Under the pieces are notes generated by a model. It was not told where the DNA came from. It saw nothing but the letters and a program-made list of their open reading frames with translations, and made no database searches. A DNA stretch of 64,000 bases from Mantamonas sphyraenae STR306 (Eukaryota > Protista > CRuMs): NCBI GenBank assembly GCA_026936335.1, contig JAPMXV010000052.1:372001-436000 (forward strand), read 5' to 3'. Both the position numbers and the translations under genes were made by a program. Shown here one piece after another: positions 10,869 through 22,000 of the stretch (position 1 is its first letter; each line of letters starts with the position of its first letter).

Positions 10869-13392
10869 ATGTCCTCCACCGACGCCTTTTCACTCGTTGT
10901 CACCGGCCCTGTCGCCTCCCTGCATCTTGCCAAGGCCCAGCAGATGGCTGAGAAGCTGGCTGCAAACAATGACCACATCCAAGGTGAGTCGTATTCGTCG
11001 TGTGCGTGTACCCATGCGCGTTGTGGTTCCGTTTTGCTCACCCGCTGCCGTTGCATTGCTCGCCACTCGTCCCTCTCTCGGCCCTGCCAGCTACCTGCAC
11101 CCACATGTTTGAGATCGATTTCGGCACCTTTCTCCAGCAGCTGCCCCAGCGATTCCCGGACATGGGTCACGAGTTCCTGCACCGCCACCCAGAGTGTGCT
11201 GTGGTGGTGGAGCAGCTTGATGCCAACGGCACCTCCACTCTCCTCGGCTCCCTGCCCGAGTTTCTCGACTTTCTCGAGTCCGACTTTGGCATTGTCGATC
11301 CCGTGCCCATGGCTTCTCAGTACAGCCCGCTGGCCCGCTACCAGCCCCTTGCCGACAAGGCCCAGGCCGACTTTCTGGCTGCCACTGGGGTAGGTTTTCC
11401 AACAATTTTTCTGTGGCCCCTTTCCCCTTTCCCCACTGCGTCGGCACACCGTCCCCTCCCAGCTTCGGTACACTGACCCCACAACCACGCTACGCCTCGT
11501 TGCACTCTTGTTCGTCCTATGCACAGCACTCGTTTGCCACATTGGATTTCGTGGCCGAAGACGGCAACGACGTGCCGCTTGCGTCCGTGCAGGTCGAGCT
11601 CTACGACGACAAGTGCCCCAACTCGGTGGCCTTCTTCCTGGAAAACTGGGGCAAGGCAGCGCTCACGGTGCTGCGCATCGAAAAGGAGGCATTCGTGCAG
11701 TTTGGCTCGGCCGAGCAGACCCCCGAAGGCGAGCTCCAGCCTGACGAGAACTTTGTCGTGGCCCACGACCGCCCAGGCATCTTTGGCTTTGCCAACAACG
11801 GCCCCCATACGAACGGCTCCCAGTACTACGTCACCTACGACGCCCTTTCCTACTTTGACCAAAAGTTTGTGGCCTTTGGCCGCGTCGTCAGCGGCTGGGC
11901 TCGCTTCAAGACCCTCCTTGAGGAACCAGGAGAGCTGCTGGGCAACGGGGCACCCACGACATCCATCAACGTGATCTGTTCACGCCTCCAGAGTCCCGCC
12001 GACCTCAAGGCAGAGGCGGCTGAGCTGGCGTCGGCCACTGTGGACGAGAGCAGCTCCTCCTCCTCCTCGGTCCCGCCTGCCTTTGTCATTGTGGGCCCGT
12101 CGGGTGTTGGCAAGAGCACCCTCATCCGCCACATCAAGGCTCGCTTTCCTGACAACACGTTTGGCTTCAGCGTGAGCCACACCACACGTGCGCCGCGCGA
12201 AAACAACGGCGAGATGGAAAAGGACGGCGTCGATTACTACTTCACGGACGTGGACACCTTCCAGAACATGATTGAGACCAACCAGTTCCTGGAGTATGCC
12301 ATTGTGCACTCGTCCAAAATGTATGGCACGTCGGCAGCTGCCGTCAAGTCCATCCTGGATCAAGGCCGCTCGTGCCTGCTCGACATCGATGTGCAGGGAG
12401 CTCGGCAGGTCTTTGACATGTACAAGGGCGCAAACACACTCAACCTGGACTTCAAGTTTATCTTTGTGCGTCCCACCAGCATCGATGTGCTGGAACAGCG
12501 CCTGCGTGGGCGTGGCTCCGAAAGCGAGGACCAAATCAAAGAACGCATCAGCAACGCCAGCAAGGAGCTGCAGTTTCTCGAGGAAAACCCAGAGGTGTTT
12601 GAGTACGTCGTCACCAACGACTCCCTCGATCGCTCTGTGCCCGAGATGCTCAACATCTTTGCCACGGCTCTGGCGCCCTTTGGTATCAAGCCCACGGCGG
12701 AGGACTCGACATCGTCTTCGTCCTCGTCCTCTGCTTCGTCCGCAGCCACTCAAAAGGCCATGGACCCGCCAGCATTTGTGGTAGTCGGCCCGTCGGGGGT
12801 GGGCAAGAGCACCCTCATTCGCTACCTGCGCTCGCTGTACCCGGAAGAGGCGTTTGGGTTCAGCGTGAGCCACACCACGCGTGCACCGCGCGAGAACAAC
12901 GGCGTGATGGAGCAGGACGGCGTCGATTACTACTTTACGGACGTGGAAAACTTCCAGAAGATGATCGACGCCAACCAGTTCCTGGAGTATGCGATTGTGC
13001 ACTCGTCCAAGATGTACGGCACGTCGGTAGACGCCGTGCGCAGCATCCTGTCCAAGGGCCAGAGCTGTCTGCTGGACATTGACGTCCAGGGCGCCCAGAG
13101 TGTGTACGACCTGGCAAACTCGGGTGCGGAAGACATGCCCACGTTCAAGTTTATCTTTGTGCGTCCCACCAGCATCGATGTGCTGGAACAGCGCCTGCGT
13201 GGGCGTGGCTCCGAGAGCGAGGAGCAAATCCAGGAGCGCCTGAAAAACGCGAGCAAGGAGCTCAAGTTCCTCGAGGACAACCCGCACATTTTTGATGTCG
13301 TCGTTGTCAACGACACCCTGGAGCAGGCCAAGAAGGATTTTGTGGCTGCGTTTGCACCCACCATGAGCGAGTGTGGCTGGGAGCATCAGTGA
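10869..13392 (+). CDS. PPIL6-like cyclophilin fused to two tandem guanylate kinase domains
   Basis: Introns ~10984-11090 and ~11390-11527. Cyclophilin motifs VELYDDKCP, DENFVVAHDRPG, ANNGPHTNGSQYY, YFDQKFVAFG. Two GK domains, each with GPSGVGKS, SVSHTTRAPR, DGVDYYF, YGTS and LDIDVQGA. Confidence 0.88.
12073..13360 (+). repeat. Internal tandem duplication of the guanylate kinase domain (~12073-12680 and ~12765-13360)
   Basis: Long near-identical nucleotide blocks, e.g. ttcaagtttatctttgtgcgtcccaccagcatcgatgtgctggaacagcgcctgcgtgggcgtggctccga at ~12451 and ~13144. Confidence 0.9.
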
Positions 13393-13495
13393 TTGGACGA
13401 GTGGAATGAGATCGCAGCGCATTGTTGTTTCCACCCTCTCCCGTAGCACCCTTTGGACACTGTACAGACATCAGGAAGGTGAAAAGGATCTTGTC

Positions 13496-14182
13496 ATGAA
13501 CACTCTCCATCCTGTGAATGTCTTGCAACCACGCGCCCAATCAATGTCTACGACAACGGGCACTCGCAGTGGCACTGGGGCCAGGCACAAATCCACAACA
13601 AGTCTTCCTGGGGGTTTCTCGCATGTCCAAGATGAGACATGCCCCATGGACAACTGCGAACTCTGTACGGAGTCGTGTGAAGCTTGCATGGAATACCAGA
13701 GACTAGAGCAATCCCGTTCTGTGTCCACGCCATTCGAGGACCTTTCTGAGGACTTGCAAAGTGAAATTCAAGAGTGGTACGTGTTTGGAAAGCCGACGGA
13801 CACGGGTGAGTTGGACGAGCGCGGATGGTTTCCGCGTTGTGTTGTTTGGGTTTTTGGAGAAAACTGGCGGGTGTCCTGCGAGTGGCCAAGCAATGTGATG
13901 AAGCTTGCCAAGTGGGAAGACTGGTGTGTGACGGTTCAAACGTCCACCGACGAGTGTGTGTACTATGCAGATCTGTCCGAGAGCCCTTTCCCGAGCCCAG
14001 AGTCCGTGCAAGAGATCTTGGAACAAAGCAACGGGCATCCCATGCTTGTTCGCGTCCACTGTGCGAGCAGGCATGTGATCATGTGCGTGGACGATGATCT
14101 CTTTCAGAATCTCAACGTGAGCTGTTCACGGCTCCAGAGTCCCGCCGACGACGAGAGCATTTCCGAGAATGAGAACAGGTGA
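13496..14182 (+). CDS. Orphan hypothetical protein (Cys/Trp/acid-rich) ending in a fragment copied from the upstream gene
   Basis: Uninterrupted ORF of ~228 aa filling the space between two genes; CPMDNCELCTESCEAC cluster; start codon uncertain (13496 or 13544). Confidence 0.5.
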   Translation: MNTLHPVNVLQPRAQSMSTTTGTRSGTGARHKSTTSLPGGFSHVQDETCPMDNCELCTESCEACMEYQRLEQSRSVSTPFEDLSEDLQSEIQEWYVFGKPTDTGELDERGWFPRCVVWVFGENWRVSCEWPSNVMKLAKWEDWCVTVQTSTDECVYYADLSESPFPSPESVQEILEQSNGHPMLVRVHCASRHVIMCVDDDLFQNLNVSCSRLQSPADDESISENENR

Positions 14183-14216
14183 TTGCTAGGAATGGATGTT
14201 GTTGTTGTTTGACCTT

Positions 14217-15931
14217 TCAGGCGTGGAGCACCATCAATCCCACCCACATCACGAGAGCCAACAGCAGCGGAGACACTGCCATTGTGGGGGCATCACTTGT
14301 GCAAGTTGCGTCGGAACCGTACACGGTCTTGCCATCGACCTTGCCGATTGCATTCTGGCCAAATTGGGTCGGATCGTCGCATTGCTGGTCACCACGGCAC
14401 GGGCGACGCATGTTCCAGCATGTGGATTGACATACAGGGTACAAAAGGGTGCTGTTTCCAGGCGCACACTTTTTGAACGTCTCGGCGCACACAAAGTGCT
14501 TCATGGCCACCGGACACTCTGCACGCTCCCCCTCCTTGCCCACCATGTTCTTTGCAAAGCTGGCCTTTGCGGCCTCATCCATCCCCTTGGCGTCCTTGGA
14601 GAAGTTCTTGCCGTCGATGACAATCTTGGTCGGGCAGATGCTCCACGACAATCTCCTTGTCGCAGAATGTCAGCTCGGACTTGTACGAGCCCGCAGGCAG
14701 GCAGGGCTCGGAGCAGTTGAACGGATCTTGTTTCGGAGGGGCTGTGTGGATGCGTGTCAGTCCGTGTGCTGGTGGAGGTGGGGGGTGACGCGTTCACACT
14801 CTGCGCGCGAACGTACGAGGAGCCGGTGTCGGCGTGGCCGTTGTGTCCTTCAAAGGTGACTCATCCTTGCATGGTGCCGTATCCACTGCGATGGGACAAG
14901 AGACACCCACGCCCGCGGCCCACTTGACGGCGTTGACCAGAATCGACTGCCAGTTTGCGTTGCACAACGGATCCATGGCTGTGCGCATGCGATTGTGTCT
15001 GTGTGTCAGCTGCAAAGTCCACACCCTCTCCCGGCTCTCTCGCTCTCTCAAACTTGTCCTTTGCCAACCCACCAAAGTATTTGCTGGCCGTGTTCAGGTG
15101 GATGCGACGGCCCAGGCCGCCGCCTGCGTTGGCAGAGATCACAGTGCCGCCCGTCACCGTGCCCTGCACGATCACTGCACCTCGAGGCACGGTCCCATCG
15201 TTAATTACACTCATTTTGGAGCCTCCACCTGCGTCGATTGTGTGTCAGCTACCCTCCCTATGGACACAGATCCCTCCGAACGTGCGCCGGGGCTACAAAT
15301 CCCCAGAGGAAACGCACGCCGCATCTGCACGCTACATGGGCTCTTGGGAGTCCATAGAGACCCATCCGCCGTGTGGATACTACGCCATGCAGGTGCAACA
15401 CGGACCATGGGACTTCCGGCTCATGGCCTTCCGACAGCATTGGCGCTCGAACCTACCTCGAGGGACGGAAAACGTGGCTGGGACGCAGCTCACAGCCGGA
15501 TGGGAGGCATCCTGCACCGCCAGCGTCTCCGGCAGGTAGGTGCCTCCTGTGCGCTTGGCAAGGATGATCTTCTCCTTCAGCAGGGTGGCATAGTAGTTGA
15601 GCTTGGCCCCCGAATCGGCCACAGTCCATTCCAGCATGACCACTCCTTTGCCGCTTTTGCTGAACGCCACAATGGCCGCTTGTCCCGCTGCAGGGATGTT
15701 GCTGCGCCCAAACTGTTCCACCGGCATGAGCACAATGACGTCGAAGCCCGTCGGTGCGGGATTGGAGCCTGTGTACTGATCCGGCCTGGCCACCTTGGTC
15801 ACTGTGAAAGTCTGCTTGCCAAGGATGGCCTCCACGCGCTGGTCGCTGCCCAGCAGAAGCACCTTTTGTGCCTGCACCATGCTCAACACGCACACAAGAA
15901 CAGCCAACAGCTGCAGTGTGTGCGTTTTCAT
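14217..15931 (-). CDS. Secreted, probably GPI-anchored protein: ThuA/class I GATase-like domain plus Frizzled/Mid1-like Cys-rich domain (apparent +1 frameshift at ~14652)
   Basis: Signal peptide MKTHTLQLLAVLVCVLSMVQA; FDVIVL, SGKGVVML, HPA and ILVNAVKWAA motifs; introns ~15456-15229, ~15073-14979 and ~14816-14742; CPVAMKHFVCAETFKKC...CQSTCWNMRRPC; hydrophobic C-terminus. Confidence 0.65.
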
Positions 15932-16098
15932 GGGCGTGTGCGTTTGTGTGGTGTTAAATGCTTTGGAGTGCTTTGGCGGATCGCGCGCTTCAGGCCCATG
16001 GACAACACTGTCCAACAGGTTCGTCCAACTCTGCCTCTGTGTTCTCTTCACATGATCTCCACCCGGGTGCCCCGTGGCATCCACCGAAAACACACACC

Positions 16099-19000
16099 AT
16101 GTCGCTCGAACCAACCGAGAGCGACACCATGGTAGCGCCGACTGCCTCCATGCAGCTTGTACAAGGCATGCTGCTGCTGGGCTCGTCGGCCGGCCTGGAT
16201 TCCAGCTTCACTGTCGTGGATCCCATGGATCTGTCGGTCGTGTCCACATTCACCTCGGACAACGACGCGGGTGAGTTCTGTGGTCCTGATCAACCCCCAC
16301 CCATTTGCTGAACCCGCTTCCCTGTCCGCTCACACCACCTGCTTCATCCCCGTGTCCTCCTGCACAGACACCCAAGCGCCCTACTCTGCCGTCTATCAAT
16401 CCAAGACGGACAAACTGCTTGTGTGTGGACGTGAGAACCGTCTGAAGCTGCTTGGAAGCACTGCACAAGCTGCCTTTCCGCTTCATTCCCCTCTGGGCGA
16501 CCCCATCACTTCACAGTCTGACGGCATAGTCGCCATTTGCTTCACACTGCAAGAGGTATGTGCGCAGCTTCGCTCATGCCACAGCGCCACTGACCATACA
16601 TCGCCCTTTTTCTCCACGGCTCTCGGCGGGGCCCCATGGTTTGCGAATTCTTGGGCTTGGCTGACACCCTCTCTCGCCCGTCGCGCTCCCGAACTACACA
16701 GGCTCAATCCCTGCTCGACTTTCTCGGTACCAACCCACTTCCATCCGAGGACGTCACCCTGCAGGCGTATGCCGGCTCTGTGTCGGAACAGCTCGGCCAG
16801 GCGCTTTCCGAGTCGGCCAAGCTTGAGCCGCGTCAGCAATCTGTGCGTTTGTGTTGTGCTCTCTCCCTTTTCCCGTTTCCGTTCGCAAACACTCCCTGTA
16901 CATTCGCCCAGTATGCTCACACCCACCATGGTGACTGTGGTCCATCCACTCTCCGTCATGTCGCCAACCACAGTGGGCCTTTGCTCCGCTGCGCCTTCCG
17001 TACCTCGAGGCCAAGGCCCTCTTTCTAACGCTGAGCCAGTACGACCATCCCGTGGTCAACACCGCCCTCTCTGTGGTCATGCTGCACTCGCATCATGTCA
17101 ACGATAGCGACAGCTTCCCCGTCGTGGATCACAAGGCATCTCTCAGACACGAGGTGGCCCGCGAGCAGACCTTTGAACACTGGCCACACACAGACCACAA
17201 GTACGCCACCCCCAATCAGCTCGCACGCGCTGGATTCTATCATGATCCCCAGCCGTACCAGGACACCAAGCCCGATGGCAGCATTGCCCTCATGGGTATG
17301 GACCGCTGCGTCACCTTTTGCTGCGGCCTCGAAGCCAGCAATTGGGAGACCGATGACCATCCGTGGGAGGAGCACGCTGCAAACAAGCCCCACTGTGAAT
17401 TTGTGCACGCACATGCAAGCTGTGGCGATATGCCCATCGCCACCACCTCGCACGCACAGAGCACAGACAAGGTCAACGGCGCCATCCAGTTTGTGCACGC
17501 CATCGACGACTCCTCCCTCATCATCACCGCCTCTCAGCAGCAGCACACCATCTGGGACACCGTTGGCTCCCTCAAGCCGGTGCTCGCTCACGATGACACC
17601 TTTGAAGAGGGCTATCATCTGGTCGGCTCCTGTTTGTTGCCCACCTCGCTCTCCGACCGCGTGGCCAAGGCTACCGACACGGGAGACAGTGCCAATGGTG
17701 CTGCTTCCTCCTCCTCTGCTGCTGCACAAGCCGAAGCCGCCGCCGCTGCTGCCGAGGCGGCCGTCATTCCGGACTGGCCATGGGCGGACTGGGTTTGCCC
17801 CGAGATCTGGGTGCAAGCGAACGATGCCTCGCTGTACCCGTCGGCCGTCGGCTTTGTCATTGAGATCGTGGATGCAAACACCGTCTGCGTGTTCCTCAAG
17901 GGCCTCGAGGAAATCATGATGTTTCCTCCCAATCACCTCAAAGCAATCAGCCCAAAGACCAGCCAGCGCTGCAGGGTGCTTCAGGGCGAACATCGTGGCC
18001 GCTCGGGCGTTTTTGTCGGCTCGCAAGGCTCGCATGGCCTGGTGCGATTCACCCACCTCACGGATCCAGTGTCCATCAAGTTGGAAGACCTGGCCACCCT
18101 GGACGACGCCGAGCAGGCTGCCGTCATTGAAGACAGCAAGAGCCCGAGCACCGTGTATCTGCTGGCGTACAGCAATGGAGACGGCCACACCAAGCTGTAC
18201 CTGCACGAGCTCGACGATCGCACACCCAAGTTTCTGCAGTCGCTGGAGCTGCAAACCAATGCCACCGCCTACCGAGTGGTGTTTGACGCATCCCTGAACA
18301 ACATCTATGTCGTCAGCGAGACCGAAGGCGCACACTTCATCCAAGGCGTGCACTACGACGCTGCAAACAAGCGCCTCGACGAGACCATGTACATGCCCAT
18401 CATGGACCACCAGGGCGAACAGGACAGTATCGTCGACGTGCAGCCGCTCCTGCTGCCAGACACGCCCAACGCCAACGGCAAGCCTCACCACCTGGCATCC
18501 CTCAGCGCGTCGGGCAAGCTGACCATCTTTGACGCAGTGTCCCTGGAATCGGTGGCCCAGCACACTTTTGGCGTGCAGCATTGCGTTGCGCTGGCCTGGG
18601 TGCCCGCCTTGTGCAAGTTTGTGGCTGCCAGCGCTTCGGGCGCCATCGCTGCAGCGTTTTTCGTCTCAGCCGCCGAAAAGGCAGCCAGGGAGAGCACCGA
18701 AACAGAAGAGCAGGTGACGCTCGCATGCAACCTGGAAACGTTGCTGAACGTGGCCAAGACACGCAAGGAGGCGCTGTCGTTCAGCGCACACGCCTCCCCC
18801 ACAGCAATCCCCACTGTTGTCACAAATAACTTTGGCACTGCGTCCATGTTTGCCTTGGGCGAGCGTGCTCTGGCCACGGGAGGCCAGGTGCGCATCGAAC
18901 TCGAGTTTGAGAAGGAGATGCTGTTGGAGCAGCTCGACCTCGTGGTGCGCATGGGATTTGCCGAACACCCAGAGGCCTACACGCTGTCTGTGGAGTGCAC

Positions 19001-22000
19001 AGACGCGCACGGAGACAGCCAGGTGGTGCTCCACCAGGTGGAGCTCGTCTCGCTGCTGTTGCCCACGGAGTACGGGCACTCAGAGGCAGACGCACGCTCG
19101 CTGACAGCCACTTTGCCCATCAGCTCGTCTATGGCCGAGCTGAACAGGTGGGTGGGTGTTGTGGACGTGTCTGCCAAGGCGCTCCGTGTGACGCTGACCT
19201 TGCACAAGCAGGCAAGTGCGTCGTCTTCGGCGGTGGCCTCGGAGAGCGATAACAACGACGTGCAGCTCATCCACATCACGGCTTTGGGCACAGACGCAAG
19301 CGAGGCCGGCCAGGTGAAGGAGGAGACCCGCCGCGCCGCGGCTATCCGCACAGACAAACAGTTCCACACAGAGCTCGCGCAATGTGTGTGTGCAGAGGAC
19401 ACAGACGTGGACCTGCGCAACGCTGCCTTGGACGTGCTTTGCAAGGTGTGGACGGACGAGGCAGCGATGGCGCATGTGATTGAGGCGCTCGACCTGCGTG
19501 CGTTCCTCGACAACTCGCTCCTGCCAGCCAGCAGTAGCACAGCAACGCGTGTGGAGGCGCTGCTGACCAAGCTGTCGCAAACCTCCAAGCGCAGTGACCT
19601 TCTCAACGCGTGTCTGGACACATGCACGGCCGCGTACACGAGCTGCTACTCGGGCACAGCGCTAGAGGTGTTGTTTGCCACCATCCGCAAGTGTTGGCTG
19701 GTCTCCCCCACCGTTGCGTATGCACGCCTGCTCAAGGCGCTGATGGCCATCGGATCGCAGCTGGCCAAGAACCGTACCGAGGCAGGCATCCATAGCAAGG
19801 AAGCCGTGCACGAGTTGCTGCGCGACGAGTTTAAGCTCTACGGTTTCCCGATGGACAAGCACGTCTTTGAAGGTCAGCACGCAAAGTCCACCGCCGTGAC
19901 CTCTACCGCAAACAAGAGTGCAAACAAGGGCAAGGGCAAAGACCAAAAGGACAAGGCCAAGACCACCGCGCAATTCTCGTCCGCCGGCTCGTCCGTCAAG
20001 TCGATGACCGCAGAACTGGACGCAGCACTGAAAAAGAAAGCCGTGTCAACGTCGTGGTACGAGGATTCGCTGGATGAGGACGACTCGTTCGACGGCCTGA
20101 GCGCGGGCAACCTCTGGGGTGGCGAGGAAGTGGACATGGGCTCCAAGTTTTCCTTTCACGCAAGCGGGAGTACGGCTGCACAGAAGGAAGCAGAGGCGCA
20201 GCAGGAAGCGTACGCGACGCAGTTTACGGCCACCCTGGACAACGAGTTTGACCAGGCCAACACGGGCTTGGCGTGCGTGTTCTTTGACCAGAGCAAGGGC
20301 AGCATTGTAAAGGCGGACGAAGGCAAGATCGTCTTCCCGACACTGAATCACGTGAACCAGTACTACGGCACCGTGGATCTCATGGACGAGTACGAGGTGT
20401 CGAGCCTGCGTGTGCGAGTGAACATGGCGCCCAACATGACGGGCCGCCTGAACGTGTACGCGTGGAAGCAGTACGAAGCAGACGCAGTCAAGGTGGCTAC
20501 CCAGTCGCTGAGCTCGCACAAGCCCTTTGGCAAACCTGGCAGCAACGACACGGTGGTGACCGTGCCGGCACTGACCCTGTCCACACGCTTCCTCAAATTT
20601 GAGTTCAAGCTGGGCAAGGGCTGCACAAAGGGCGGCGACTACCGTGCCTTTCTGCAAATGGAAGTCAACGGCGTGGCCAACGTAGTGGATCCGCTCATGC
20701 CCGCAGAAGAGCGCGAGGCCCTGCTGGTGAGCCGCATCGCAGACCTGGAGAGCCACGCAGTGCATCACTCAGGTATGCTTGCAAAGCTGCAGGCCAAGTT
20801 GCAACAGAAGCTTTTGGGATTCTTGGAGGCCTCTGGAGACCCTGCACGCGAACAGAAGCTGCGCACAACGGTGCGCAATACGTACCAAGAGATCTTGGAC
20901 ACACAGCGCGACCTGACGGCGACGCAGAGGCGTCTGAACCGCGTGGTGGCCATGCTGGACAGCTTGATGGAACGCGGCAGCAAGGGGATGCCTGGACGCC
21001 TGGCGGTGGAAGAGGATGCTCGCCACGGCCGCCTGGCGCTGGCCATCACCTGCATTGTGGATTGTCTCGTGGACGCGCCGTCGGACACAAAGGAGGTGAA
21101 GCTGGACTACCAGATGGCCATGGATCTGTTTGCAAACTTGGTTGTGCACGGCGTGGGCAAAAGTGACACGGCCATGAGCCTCTGGTTGTCCAGCCGCCTG
21201 GACGACTGGCCGCAGTTCCCCACAGACGCGTTGCGCCTTTTCTTTGTGAGCAATTCGGCAGCACGCGTGTCGTCCACTGTGCAGACGCGCATCTTTGCCA
21301 TCATCGAACGCATTGTGAGCCGCGGCGTGCACAGCACTCTGTATCTGGATAACCTGCTGTCGCTTGTCGACAACCTGAGCGGGACCATCGCACGCACGGG
21401 CAATCAAACAGACCTGCCGCTGCTCAGCTGGATCCTGTTGCTGGTGGCGAACACGACCTCGTCTAGCTTCTTTGAGGAAGCCATGAAGGCTCGTCCACAC
21501 GCATTGCACCAGGCCATGTTTGCCATGAGCGGTGCCACTTCCCACTCGACCACCGAGACGACAAAGAATCCCACTGAGGCCTCACCTGCCAACGGCCGTG
21601 GAAAATTCCAGGCCAACAAGCTGGCTCGCACCACATCGGACGCTGGTGGCAAGGTGACGAGCGATCTTCTGGACGAGCTGGAGAACATGAGCGCAGGAGA
21701 CGCTAAAGGCAAGGGCAAGGCGAAAGCGTCATCGGGCGCAGGCAACAGCAGCAGCAGCAGCAGTGAGGGCCAACTCGAGGAAGAGGATACGCAGAACCAT
21801 CTGAAGCCGATGTTTGAGCTCCTTTGCACACTGTCGAATGTGCAATCTCCGCTGACACGCGACCTGATCCTGCTCACCATGCGTGTTCTTGGCCAACTGG
21901 GCTCCATGTACACCGCGAGCGAGGTGTGCACGGTGATCTTTGACCACCCGAGTCTGATGGACCTGATGACGTGGGTGGCGCTGAAAAGCGATGCTTTTGT

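Noticed and set aside
13390-13446. Possible TGA readthrough or selenocysteine after the GK fusion gene
   Set aside because: Only ~17 codons follow, the GK domain is already complete, and no SECIS is recognisable.
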